Source: a virus
Lineage: Duplodnaviria > Caudoviricetes
Strand: one strand, 5' to 3'
Virus record (IMG/VR): IMGVR_UViG_3300008217_005050
Coordinates: 1 to 37,068 of that record
Length of the DNA stretch: 37,068 nt
Made by a program: the position numbers and the translations under genes. Shown piece by piece: positions 1 to 10,069 of the stretch (within the stretch, counting starts at the first letter, position 1; each line of letters begins with the position of its first letter). The notes beneath the pieces are model-generated. The model ran no database searches and was not told the origin of the DNA. It saw nothing but the letters and a program-made list of their open reading frames with translations.

Positions 1-639
1 TTATTCGAAATACGCTTTACGCGCTATGATAAAGTTAAGACCAAATTGCTTAAACTCAGCTTCACTTTCAAGTATGACAACTTGAACTCCTTGAGCCGTA
101 TCAGCATTGAAGTTGACGGGAAAGAACGCCTCAGCTTCCCCAAACTCGGTGGCTAATTCAAGAGCACTTTTTAGAGCTGATAAGCCATTTTGATTTGACT
201 CATTGAGTGACACAAACACGCCTTTACATTCAATACCTTTGAGCTTATCGATTTGCTTTTTGTACGGTTCAAGTATGTCATCTGCCGTTCTTACTGCAGG
301 GCGGGTGGGTGCAACAGGTAATGGCTTAGGTTCAGCCTCTGTAACGCTGCCATCTTCATTTGCTACTGGCGCTGGTAAATTCGCGTTGTATTCATTGACG
401 TTGTTTAGTTCGACTAAATAGTCAACGTACTCTTTAGCCCAAACGTACTGCTCATGCTTTGATTGCAGTTCTGCAAATAGGTTTAGGTTTTCGATTTTGC
501 CCTTGGCGATTAGTTCGGGTATGTCTTTAACGCCCACTGGCCCTTTTAGCAAAGTCGGTAAACCTTGCTCGTCAACGATAGGGGTTTGTTCGGCGTCGAG
601 TTCGATGAACTCTAAAATTTGGGTAAGTTTATTTGTCAT
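1..639 (-). CDS. Phage hypothetical protein, possibly tail-fibre associated
   Basis: 212-aa ORF starting 1 nt after the tail fibre stop. Function inferred from position only. Confidence 0.55.
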   Translation of the reverse strand: MTNKLTQILEFIELDAEQTPIVDEQGLPTLLKGPVGVKDIPELIAKGKIENLNLFAELQSKHEQYVWAKEYVDYLVELNNVNEYNANLPAPVANEDGSVTEAEPKPLPVAPTRPAVRTADDILEPYKKQIDKLKGIECKGVFVSLNESNQNGLSALKSALELATEFGEAEAFFPVNFNADTAQGVQVVILESEAEFKQFGLNFIIARKAYFE

Positions 640-640
640 A

Positions 641-3592
641 TTAAAGCCATCCTAATGGTTCAACGCCGCAAGCCGTGCCAACTAAATTAGTGTGGCCATT
701 CTCGTCTAGCATTGTGGTTTGATTATCTGCAATGTGGATTTTGCCATCATCGCCCCAATCACCGGCTGTGGCATCGTAGGTAAGTTGAGCGTAAGCATAA
801 TTAATAAAACCTTGTTGGTTTTTAGCTACGTTGTAGTTAAGGGCTTTAAACGCAGGGCTGTCGTTACTCGGTGCACCTAAACTCAATGGCGAGTGTCTTA
901 GCTCCCCAAATGCGATATTAGAACCATAGAGATTCCCTGTAGACGGCACGATAGGCAAACTCTCTAAACGAATCATTTCAAGCCCTATTGTTGTTGCAAC
1001 AGGCGCATGAGTTGAGATTAAACCTGTCAGTGAGTAGTTCAACAAACGTCCTCTGTTGTCTAACGAATCCATTGATGTGAATAGGTAATTTACATCAGAA
1101 ATTGCGCCGTTTATTTCCGATACAGTTGCTGGCTGTGTCATTTTTGCTTTAGTTTTATATTGGTAAATATTTACTTGATTAGCTGGTTGGGCTGGTGTGT
1201 ATGAAACCGTATTATTTGACTGACTAGCTATATTTACGGAATCACTACCAGACCAAGTAGCTCCATTATCTGTTGTAGACCTTCTTTTAATATCCCCTAC
1301 CAAACCGGAATATGGCTTGGTAAGTTTAAAATATTCAATTACACCGTCAGGTATTGTTGGGTTCCAACTACCAACAATACCCTCTTTCAAATCATCACAT
1401 GCCGAAATGTGTAGAGGGTGGCCTATAATTTCAGTTTGTAGGTATTCGTAAGAAACCGATAACCCGCTAGGGTACATCGCACCAACCCAAAGCTTAGTAC
1501 CAACAGGGAATTTAGAATTAAACTCGCTAGTGACATCACCAGAGCCGTATAGATAAACAGCGTTGTTGTTGTAAGGCCACCTGACATAATCCGTTAGTTG
1601 ACTAACACGTTTGATAATCATCGTCTCGTCATTATCACCAGCTAGAAGCCAATGCGTAGAACCTAACGCGTTAAACTCAACTGAGTCTTGATTCCTTGGG
1701 TTATCAGAATCAGATGTAGGGAACGAAATAGTACCACCCGCATTGGCAGTCGTGTAAGTAGCCGCACCACCTACAGTAACAGTCTCAGGTATGAACTTAG
1801 TAATACTTAATACTTCTCTACCGCGATATTCACCCGCTTTAATAGCTAAATCCTGCTCTGCAAAGTCTTCAGCAGTTAAACCCCACGCTGAATAGCGCAT
1901 ATCACGACAAACACCACCTTGACCGCTTGCGTAAATAGCATCAAAGTAGCGACCGTCAGGTCTTGCTGAAATACCTCCTGAGACCTTACCACTATTAGGG
2001 TTCGTTGTTACTAAATCACCAAAGCAGTCAGCTTTGGAATTAATTTTAACTGCACTACTATTCGACCACACGTACGCATAGTTTTGAGTAGTACCATCGT
2101 TTAGGTGTTTAGTGCCTAAAGGATTAAAACTAGGGTGATAAGCACCCTTGTTTAAGCGCTGAACTGTGCCGCAAACTAGGAAATAACATTCACCGTTAAT
2201 TGTACCAGCCGTGTTTAGGAGTTTTGCGCTAAAAGCCCCGACTTGCTTATTGACACCACTTAAATTACCAAGTGATAAGTAATTGTTATTACCGTCGTTT
2301 TCAGGGACTAAATCAAGATTACCTTGTACTGTTACTCTTGTATTTACATGAGCCGAATGTGAGATTAGTAATCGATTCTTATCTTCAAGGGTGTCCCAAT
2401 CCCCATTACCATTACCCGCAATGCTTCGACCACGAATACACCACTGATAGAACTTACCTGTTGCATCATCAAAGTACATATTGTTTTCAGTGTCACTCGC
2501 TATAGCTATACGCTGTGCTTCTGTTGCGGTTTGCCAGTTAACTCCCATACCTCTACTTGTTGCATCACCATCATACCAAGCAAAATAGGTAATAGGGCGT
2601 ACATTATCGCTAACAGTGGCAACACCATTGATATCTGTAGCTAATGATTGAATTAAGCCGTTTTTATACACGAAAGGGTCAGAGTCACTGATTTCTCTTA
2701 AGAATGCTTCAAAGCCCCACATATCAACGCGGTCAGTTACTACCTTGTTTGTTACTGTTTCAGCAGCAAAAGCTAAAGCAGGTGTTGCGTGTGTTACTGA
2801 TACACCTGTTGCGCTATCGTAAGTACGTGTACCATCTTCAGCAGGGGGGAATTTTATTTTGTTTAGCAAGTCTTTATTGGGGCTGGAAATGTATTCAAGC
2901 TGGGTCTCCACACCCGATAACGCAAGTTTAGGCGCGCCTTGCTTAGAATCACCAACTGCATTAGCGTTTAATGACCCCATAAATAAATTACCAGGGGCTA
3001 CACTAGACCCTAGATAGGGAGAATATAGGGAATCAATATAGCCTATATTCCAAGTATCTAGGTATCGTTTACCTTTATGAACGAATCCACTGGCAGCGTA
3101 CTTTTCTTTATTAGCAGCTCGCATAGCCTCAAATTCAACCTTGCGCATAGCCCATGGGTAAGGGTGATACGCGTTCATCTGGGCTTGGTTATCGGCTTCA
3201 ATTTGCTTGAGGGTTTTAACTGTTGTAGTAGTACCATCTGATTTTTTAAATGTTACTGTTCCTAGGTTGTTTTGATAATCCTGCAAGGCTTGCTGATTAT
3301 CGTTAACAAGAATATTGGCATCCTGAAGGGCTTTAACCGCAGCACGAAATTCGCCACTTGTCGGAATAACAATAGCCGGTTGGTTATTTTGGGTTGTTAA
3401 TTCCCACGCTTTAATAAGTTGAATAAACTTTTGGCCTTGGCCATTCTTATAAGCTTGTTTAATTTCAACCAGCGGGAAACTGCCGATTTGTAAAAAATCA
3501 CCGGCTTTGATGTTCTCGATACTTTCGGCGCTATTTACATCAACAACATCTTGGCCGTTTAGTATGCTGACTGACTCTGCAGTAAATGCCAT
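641..3592 (-). CDS. Tail fibre / receptor-binding structural protein
   Basis: 983 aa, rich in G/S/N/T/Y, downstream of the tail tip gene; SD AGAGG upstream. Confidence 0.7.
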   Translation of the reverse strand: MAFTAESVSILNGQDVVDVNSAESIENIKAGDFLQIGSFPLVEIKQAYKNGQGQKFIQLIKAWELTTQNNQPAIVIPTSGEFRAAVKALQDANILVNDNQQALQDYQNNLGTVTFKKSDGTTTTVKTLKQIEADNQAQMNAYHPYPWAMRKVEFEAMRAANKEKYAASGFVHKGKRYLDTWNIGYIDSLYSPYLGSSVAPGNLFMGSLNANAVGDSKQGAPKLALSGVETQLEYISSPNKDLLNKIKFPPAEDGTRTYDSATGVSVTHATPALAFAAETVTNKVVTDRVDMWGFEAFLREISDSDPFVYKNGLIQSLATDINGVATVSDNVRPITYFAWYDGDATSRGMGVNWQTATEAQRIAIASDTENNMYFDDATGKFYQWCIRGRSIAGNGNGDWDTLEDKNRLLISHSAHVNTRVTVQGNLDLVPENDGNNNYLSLGNLSGVNKQVGAFSAKLLNTAGTINGECYFLVCGTVQRLNKGAYHPSFNPLGTKHLNDGTTQNYAYVWSNSSAVKINSKADCFGDLVTTNPNSGKVSGGISARPDGRYFDAIYASGQGGVCRDMRYSAWGLTAEDFAEQDLAIKAGEYRGREVLSITKFIPETVTVGGAATYTTANAGGTISFPTSDSDNPRNQDSVEFNALGSTHWLLAGDNDETMIIKRVSQLTDYVRWPYNNNAVYLYGSGDVTSEFNSKFPVGTKLWVGAMYPSGLSVSYEYLQTEIIGHPLHISACDDLKEGIVGSWNPTIPDGVIEYFKLTKPYSGLVGDIKRRSTTDNGATWSGSDSVNIASQSNNTVSYTPAQPANQVNIYQYKTKAKMTQPATVSEINGAISDVNYLFTSMDSLDNRGRLLNYSLTGLISTHAPVATTIGLEMIRLESLPIVPSTGNLYGSNIAFGELRHSPLSLGAPSNDSPAFKALNYNVAKNQQGFINYAYAQLTYDATAGDWGDDGKIHIADNQTTMLDENGHTNLVGTACGVEPLGWL

Positions 3593-3610
3593 CTGTGTAT
3601 ACCTCTTTGT

Positions 3611-6600
3611 TTAGCCGCGTAAGTAAATAACGGCCACTTGTTTAATTTGGGTTGGTGAATCGAATTTGACGTTATGCCTAACTTGAGCAACGGTGTATCG
3701 CTCAGGGGCTCCATCGGGTAGTTTCATGCCTTTGCCTGGAATAGATGACGCACAAATAAGGTCGTTAATTTCTAAATCGCCACCTTCACCACACACGTTC
3801 ATGACGCCTTCGCCACCGCTGTTGAGCATGATAATGTCGTATAAGTAGGCAAGTTGCTCCCATTCTTCAAAGCCCCTTAATCCTGCGGGTTGAACATCAG
3901 TTAAAGTACGACGAGAGGTGTAAATACCTCTTACGGCTTTATCGAGCTTTTTGGTACTCAAACGAGCGGTACAAATGGCATTAGATATATCTGCGATATG
4001 CATTAGCTCATCATCACAAATGATATCGCCAGGTTCAGCGTGTATGTCTTTGAGTAATAAAGCTTCGTGAGCGCTGGTGTGTGGGCCAATAGCGCCTTTT
4101 GATGCATAAAAGGCCCATGTCGGTGCAGAACCTAAAACAGCCGCATGTCGGCTACCATAAAAACGCGAGCCAAAATATGAGTCAGTATCAACTTCTAAAT
4201 ACTCGGCGTAAATATTCCCTAAACCAGCATGGCCATCTCTTGTGATATACGCCGTTGTTGCACCGCTTTCTCTAAAAGTGAAACCACCACCGGAAGCAAT
4301 GATTTCTGAGTTTGATGAAGGGTGCTGAATAAAGAAGTAATCAGCATGAAACCTCATAACACCTGGCGTTATATTTAAGCCTGTTATTTTCCCGTTTACA
4401 TCTACTTCTAAAGCAGCACGCGCATACAATTGACCTAAATCATTAGCATGTGATTGCAACGTTAGGTTTGCACTAGCTTGTTGTTGCTCCGTAGTTTGAA
4501 CGCGATTTGTAAGCTGCGAAATTGACGAGGCTGCGCCATCTGCAGTGGTTTTTACTTCTGATACACGCTGCGAAAGCGCGGATTGACCAGACTCTAGGTC
4601 TTCTGCTGTTTGCACAAGCGCGTTAATAGAGGTTGTGTTGCCATTTGTTTTAGCTTCAACAAAATTAATACGCTGAGTTTGCGCTGAGAATGTGTTATCA
4701 ACATTCACACTGTATGAGTTTATGGCCTGTGATATGGCTTGGTTTGTTTTTACCGCTGTGTAATAGTCAAAACTTAATGTTGAATACACACCATTAATGC
4801 TTGATTGCAATTGTTGCTTAGCACTTGCTATTGCGCTGTTTGTTTGAGCTGATGTGTAATAGCTAACATTTAATGTTGAAGACACGCCGTCAATGCTGGC
4901 TTGCAATTGTTGCTTAGCACTTGCTATTGCACTGTTTGTTTGAACTGAGGTGTAATAATCGTTTGAAAGAGAGCTGCTAACTGTACCAATTGATGACTCA
5001 AGTTGCTCAAAGCGCGATGCTGAGGCTTCTGCTTCCGAGGCGCGCGCTTGTTCAATTGTTTCTATCTTGCTGTTACTTTCACCCAAGTTTGTTTCGAGTG
5101 ATTGAAAACGTGTTGCTGTTGCTTCTGCTTCAGTAGCGCGCGCTTGTTCAATCAATTCTATCTTGCTGTTACTTTCACCTAAGTTTGCTTCAAGGGTTTG
5201 GGCTCGTTCGGCAACGGCTTCAAATTCATTAGCAACAAACTTTTCGTATTCTGTTAGTTTTGCTTGATTATCTTTAAACTGCGCTTGTACTTCTCGCTGA
5301 TTAATCACCTGGGCTTGGTATTGGTTAGATACAACTTTATTGACAGACTGAATAGCCGCAAAACTCGATTCATAGACAGCTACAAGCTGTTTGGATTGCT
5401 CTGATAGGCTTTGTATGTCATCAACTTGGGCTTTTAGCTGCTCTTGTGCATACGCAACTTGTACGCCAACCTCTGCGAGTTCTTTGTTTTTAATTAGCTC
5501 GTTGTATGCTTCTAATACATCATTAATAGACGCGTCTTTTAGGTCTAAATCGAGCCCTTGTATTTGCGCTATTTGGCTTTCAATAAGGCCTGCTTGGGCA
5601 TCTAAACGCTGATTTACCAAACTAAACTTTTCGTCGGTACCGTCGGGCTGTGCATTAAAGCTAACAATTTGTTGCTCAATGTAAGCTTCTGCGCCATCAA
5701 TAAACAACTGCGCATTATTGGCTTTAGTGAGTATGTCGTTATCAGTAAATTCTTGCAGGGTGGCGGTAATGCTATACGTTGTGTTAAACGTATCAATAAT
5801 GGTGTTAACATCACTTTCTTTTTGATACCCGTTAGCTAATACCCATGCCGTACTTGCGTATTGGGCCATGATGCCCGTTCGGGCATTAATGTCGGTTTCA
5901 AGGGTCGTGGTACGGGCAACAATGTCTTGGAGTGCCAAGTCGTTTGCGCCACGTTTACCCACTTCAATCGAGTCAATATCACATGCACCTAAATCAAACT
6001 TAAGACTTGTTACTTCGCCAGTGTAACCCGCAAGCCCCCATGCATTAACTTGCAAGGTTTCCCAACTATCAGTAGCAGGGGCAGGTAGTTTTAATGTGAT
6101 GCTGTCATTAATAATGACATTACCGCGCCACGTTGCACCTTCATGCAAGCGTACACGCACCCTAAACATTGGGTTGTCATCGGCTATATAGCTAATAGCA
6201 GGGCTCGTAACCGCATTAACCGCAACAATATAGCCCTCTGTATTGTGACTTGATACGCCTGTGAACCCTTCATCTGAGCTATTAAACTGCCAGCTGTATG
6301 CGGGGGTGAGCGCCTGAATAGCGCCCGCAATTTCTGATTGCACCTCGGTGTACGTTGCACGGCTATTAATTTGCCCAGCTTGTAGCGCAAGGGTTGATTC
6401 TGCTTTTGTTAAACGCGTGGCGGTTTGGGTCACTTGCTGAGTAGATAGCTCAACCAGTGCATTTACAGCGTCAATTTTTGTGTAGGCTTCTTGTAGTGCT
6501 TCACCAGTTGCTTCATACGCTTTATTGATGATAACGCCCGATTCAGGATCAATATATGCCACGGCATCAACTAAGCGCTCTGATTGCTCTGTTCGTTGCT

Positions 6601-8842
6601 CGTAGGTTGTACGCCAGTTTAAATAATCAACCGTCATATCAAACACGACTTTTTCAAAGTTCGTTCGTTCAGCAATCTTGGCATCGAGTGTGTTTAGGTC
6701 GTAATTAAAGCCCAGCTCAATGTTCGTGATATCGTCGCGAATATCATCTAGGTTTTGATCGATATTGTCTTTAATATCGTCAAGTTGATCATCAATATTG
6801 TTGTCGGTGCTCTCACGTAAGCGATCAACCAACTCATTCATTTCATTTAAATAGTCTTGTGCTTCTTGGTCTAGTTGCTCACGTGAAATATTCTTAATAT
6901 ATTTTTCTAAATTTGCCGCAGTCGTTTCTGCAGACACAGTTACCCAAGAGCTCACACCTGCTATATTTTTTGTTCTTACTTTAATTTGGTATTCAGACTC
7001 AGGAACTAAACCTGTATAAGTTACTGTAAAGCCTGTTTGCTCGGTAGGAACTGGCTGCGGGCTGCTAGATAAGCCATGAAATTGCCACTCAAACGTTGTA
7101 CCAAGACTTGCTCCTGTAACACGAGCAGTTAAAACAATTGTGTTATATGTCGCTGAATCAACAGTTACTAATGGCTCAGCAGGTATATGCACATCAAACG
7201 CAAGAGTAACAAACTGGCTGGTGAAGCCCATATTTGAACGTGCACGCACATCTATTTCATAACTTCCTGCATCGAGTTCACTAATAATTAATTCAGGCAC
7301 CGATGTTGTTATACGTTTTAATAACTTTTCAGGGGTTTCTGACTCTCCCACGCCCGAGTCATCGGCTATGGTTTTGTATATTTGCACATCAAAGTTGCTA
7401 TACGCAGATACCCAACTGATCTTTACATGCCCATCATTTTGAGCAGTAGCCATAAGCTCAGTTGGCGCAATTACTTCGCGAGGGCTTGGTAAGCTTGTAT
7501 CTGGGATCGGCGGACGAACATTACCTGTTAGCCAGTTATAAATGTAAGGTTGATGTTCTTTAAATGTAAGTTTGTAGTCACCATTTGGCTGCAAAATACT
7601 TTTTATTAAGCGAAATGGTTTTTCTGACCAGCCGAGCTTTTCAATATTTATAGGTACAACATCACCCACGGTGTATTGCAAAGCAATTGGTGCAGCCATC
7701 ACAGTGAAGTTGAGTGATTCGCGACTAAGCATTGCAATAACGCGTGCCATTTGGCGTGCTTCGTAATAATTAGTACACCCAGGCACTTTAAAGCGATGTT
7801 CAAGCACTACGCCGTTATCTTCATCAAGCCATTGTTGCTCTAATGCGCTTCCTGGTTCTGGGTAAATTGCGTCTTGCTCTGAGTAAAGCGCGTCTTGATC
7901 TGCATATTCAACAATCACACGATTATAATGTTTGCTTTTCCCACCGCTTGTATATTGTATCTTTGACTTAAAATCACGTTCGCTAAGACTTTCTGTTGTT
8001 GGGGCATCGTCTTGCTCAACTTTTAAGTGCAATTGGCCGCTTTCAATAGGCACTAATGCGCGCATTGACTTGGCTATTGTTACCGCGTTATCAATGAGTC
8101 TTTGCTCTGTATCAATAACTATATTGCAAGTAAATAACGGCTTTGTTTCTGTTGAACCTTGATATGTGGGCACGCGCGTGTCACATATTTGTGCAGCGGA
8201 AATAAAAGAAGGTAGGTAAAGATCATGCTCTTCTAGCCCTTTACCATAAATTTTTGACGTTAAATAGTCATGCAATATGTAAGCAGGGTTTTCGCTATAC
8301 TCGATTGCGCCAGTGTTAAGATTTTTTACACGTTTACCTCTGAGAACTGCGGTAAGATCGGGCACTCCTGAAAACGGCGCATCTTCAGCAATACTCCACT
8401 CCAAGCGCACATAAGAGCAAGCCAAACCATTTAGCTTGTGATTTTTTGTTGCAGCATCCCAGCCTGCTTCTTTAAGGTATGGATCAGTGTAGCTACCCAT
8501 TCCATTTTTAAAGTGCGCAGCATGAGCCCAGCGGCCTTTTTCGGCATCAAATTTAGAATCATTTATTGATATTTTATTAAGCCATAAGTCTTCGATACCA
8601 TCTATTCCGCCCTCGGCCCATACGACAATGATGTGCAATAGGTCATTTTTAACATCGTCACCATCATTCGGGTTTGTCGTATTCATAAATACGATTGTGC
8701 CTGGTACTTCGCGGGTACCATACACAACAGGAAAATGGTTTTCTGAGCTAGCTTTAGTAACGTTTGTGCCTCGCTGGCCCATATCTTGATCTGGCATTAG
8801 CCAGCCAAAAAGAAAATTACCTATTTTTGATAGAAAACTCAT
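3611..8842 (-). CDS. Tail tip / host-specificity protein (lambda gpJ-like) with FN3-like domains, coiled-coil repeats and a probable C-terminal Peptidase_G2-like chaperone domain
   Basis: N-terminal PVVYG and SENPAYILHDYL motifs typical of gpJ-like proteins; FN3-like Y-x-I-x-VRA motifs; C-terminal GEGVMNVCGEGG..DLICASSIPGKGMK..TVAQ. Confidence 0.85.
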   Translation of the reverse strand: MSFLSKIGNFLFGWLMPDQDMGQRGTNVTKASSENHFPVVYGTREVPGTIVFMNTTNPNDGDDVKNDLLHIIVVWAEGGIDGIEDLWLNKISINDSKFDAEKGRWAHAAHFKNGMGSYTDPYLKEAGWDAATKNHKLNGLACSYVRLEWSIAEDAPFSGVPDLTAVLRGKRVKNLNTGAIEYSENPAYILHDYLTSKIYGKGLEEHDLYLPSFISAAQICDTRVPTYQGSTETKPLFTCNIVIDTEQRLIDNAVTIAKSMRALVPIESGQLHLKVEQDDAPTTESLSERDFKSKIQYTSGGKSKHYNRVIVEYADQDALYSEQDAIYPEPGSALEQQWLDEDNGVVLEHRFKVPGCTNYYEARQMARVIAMLSRESLNFTVMAAPIALQYTVGDVVPINIEKLGWSEKPFRLIKSILQPNGDYKLTFKEHQPYIYNWLTGNVRPPIPDTSLPSPREVIAPTELMATAQNDGHVKISWVSAYSNFDVQIYKTIADDSGVGESETPEKLLKRITTSVPELIISELDAGSYEIDVRARSNMGFTSQFVTLAFDVHIPAEPLVTVDSATYNTIVLTARVTGASLGTTFEWQFHGLSSSPQPVPTEQTGFTVTYTGLVPESEYQIKVRTKNIAGVSSWVTVSAETTAANLEKYIKNISREQLDQEAQDYLNEMNELVDRLRESTDNNIDDQLDDIKDNIDQNLDDIRDDITNIELGFNYDLNTLDAKIAERTNFEKVVFDMTVDYLNWRTTYEQRTEQSERLVDAVAYIDPESGVIINKAYEATGEALQEAYTKIDAVNALVELSTQQVTQTATRLTKAESTLALQAGQINSRATYTEVQSEIAGAIQALTPAYSWQFNSSDEGFTGVSSHNTEGYIVAVNAVTSPAISYIADDNPMFRVRVRLHEGATWRGNVIINDSITLKLPAPATDSWETLQVNAWGLAGYTGEVTSLKFDLGACDIDSIEVGKRGANDLALQDIVARTTTLETDINARTGIMAQYASTAWVLANGYQKESDVNTIIDTFNTTYSITATLQEFTDNDILTKANNAQLFIDGAEAYIEQQIVSFNAQPDGTDEKFSLVNQRLDAQAGLIESQIAQIQGLDLDLKDASINDVLEAYNELIKNKELAEVGVQVAYAQEQLKAQVDDIQSLSEQSKQLVAVYESSFAAIQSVNKVVSNQYQAQVINQREVQAQFKDNQAKLTEYEKFVANEFEAVAERAQTLEANLGESNSKIELIEQARATEAEATATRFQSLETNLGESNSKIETIEQARASEAEASASRFEQLESSIGTVSSSLSNDYYTSVQTNSAIASAKQQLQASIDGVSSTLNVSYYTSAQTNSAIASAKQQLQSSINGVYSTLSFDYYTAVKTNQAISQAINSYSVNVDNTFSAQTQRINFVEAKTNGNTTSINALVQTAEDLESGQSALSQRVSEVKTTADGAASSISQLTNRVQTTEQQQASANLTLQSHANDLGQLYARAALEVDVNGKITGLNITPGVMRFHADYFFIQHPSSNSEIIASGGGFTFRESGATTAYITRDGHAGLGNIYAEYLEVDTDSYFGSRFYGSRHAAVLGSAPTWAFYASKGAIGPHTSAHEALLLKDIHAEPGDIICDDELMHIADISNAICTARLSTKKLDKAVRGIYTSRRTLTDVQPAGLRGFEEWEQLAYLYDIIMLNSGGEGVMNVCGEGGDLEINDLICASSIPGKGMKLPDGAPERYTVAQVRHNVKFDSPTQIKQVAVIYLRG
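4745..5195 (-). repeat. 96-bp (32-aa) tandem repeats inside the tail tip gene, two families
   Basis: YYTS.QTNSAIASAKQQLQ occurs 2-3 times (ttgcaattg at 4805 and 4901). LE.NLGESNSKIE.IEQARA.EAEA occurs twice (5040 and 5136). Both have a 96-nt period. Confidence 0.9.
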
Positions 8843-9453
8843 TTTTGTACCTGTGTTTGAGTGCTACCGCGACTTCCACGGCTTGCTGATAATACGGCGG
8901 GGGATTTACCTTCACGCCCCCAAGGGATATCAGTAATGACCATGCCTGAAAACTCTAACCCCATATCACCCGGGTAATGAAGTTGTTGCGATTCGTGTGT
9001 TGCCTTTCGGCCTCTTGAAGCTTCAAAGTCAGCCCAAATTGATGCTGATTTGAGTGTCAGCTTGGCGGTGGTGGTAGATTCTTCTCCGCTTTTTTCTGCA
9101 AGCAATCCTTTGTAGATAACTTCTGCATAAACGACTTTCCCAGCACTGTTTAGCCATACTTTTTCGATGGTGACGCGAGTATTTAGCCAATTTTGAGTAA
9201 AAAAAAGCGCCGATATGGCGCTGTCTATTGCATTTAATGTTATTGGGACTTCACCTATTTTGGGGGTTCCTTGCTGTTCGATGCTGATACCTTCTGTTGA
9301 CCAATAGCCAGCGATAAACTTAGCCCCATTGTGAGTTATACTTGCACCACTATTAGTGGCTCTAAAGGGCGTTGGAAAGTGAACGGTAAGCAAAAGCGCG
9401 GTTGTATGCGGCTCGCGCAAAACCTTTTTAAATTCAGCGCTCAAACTAATCAT
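8839..9453 (-). CDS. Minor tail / baseplate hub protein (gpL/DUF2163-like)
   Basis: Lies between the distal tail and tail tip genes; C-terminal SQQ.HYPGD.GLEF...I.WG motif; likely start ATG 9453 with SD GAGG. Confidence 0.7.
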   Translation of the reverse strand: MISLSAEFKKVLREPHTTALLLTVHFPTPFRATNSGASITHNGAKFIAGYWSTEGISIEQQGTPKIGEVPITLNAIDSAISALFFTQNWLNTRVTIEKVWLNSAGKVVYAEVIYKGLLAEKSGEESTTTAKLTLKSASIWADFEASRGRKATHESQQLHYPGDMGLEFSGMVITDIPWGREGKSPAVLSASRGSRGSTQTQVQK

Positions 9454-10060
9454 TAATATATTCCTCGAACTCAATTTTTATAGGTACTTCGCGCTCACTA
9501 TCTGCGCGGTGCAATATATCTTGCTCATCGCTTTTAAGCTCAAGACTAAAATGCACATTTTCACCTGAGTTCATTTCAGTACCGAATGGAACGTCCACTC
9601 TTAAATTGGGTGTAAAGCTTACTGTGCCCTGCCCTAGTCCGTTTGTGTTTAAAATAGCTGTTACCATGTATGCTTTTGTGTGATTAGCAAATTGAATGTA
9701 ATCACCTGGCTTTAATGCGGCTGTTACGTTACCTGTCATTGCATAGAGCGGCGCCGAGGTGTCACCTTGGCTAATGTTTTCTCTAACTAAGGCGTTTTCA
9801 ATGCCTGCGCCAAGCATAGGGAGCGGGTTTTTCATCAAGCAAACACCAAAGCGGCCACCCAAAGAGCAAATAAACGCATATAGCGCCATTGCCTTTTCGT
9901 AATTCAACTTTGGGGTTGTCATATCGAACCCCCATCGATGCATATACCCAAGGCGATTTTTATGGGTAATACCGCCCCATGATGACTCGCTTTGTGTTTG
10001 ATCAACGCTTCGGACTCGTAGTTTTTGCGGTAATATAAATTCGTTGGGAAATATGGCCAT
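9446..10060 (-). CDS. Distal tail protein (Dit-like)
   Basis: 204 aa directly after the tape measure gene; L.PGDYIQF..H.K.YMV motif. Confidence 0.65.
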   Translation of the reverse strand: MAIFPNEFILPQKLRVRSVDQTQSESSWGGITHKNRLGYMHRWGFDMTTPKLNYEKAMALYAFICSLGGRFGVCLMKNPLPMLGAGIENALVRENISQGDTSAPLYAMTGNVTAALKPGDYIQFANHTKAYMVTAILNTNGLGQGTVSFTPNLRVDVPFGTEMNSGENVHFSLELKSDEQDILHRADSEREVPIKIEFEEYIND

Positions 10061-10069
10061 TTAGCTGCC

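Noticed and set aside
1-8842. Diversity-generating retroelement or invertase-based tail switching
   Set aside because: No reverse transcriptase, invertase or TR/VR pair seen in the window.
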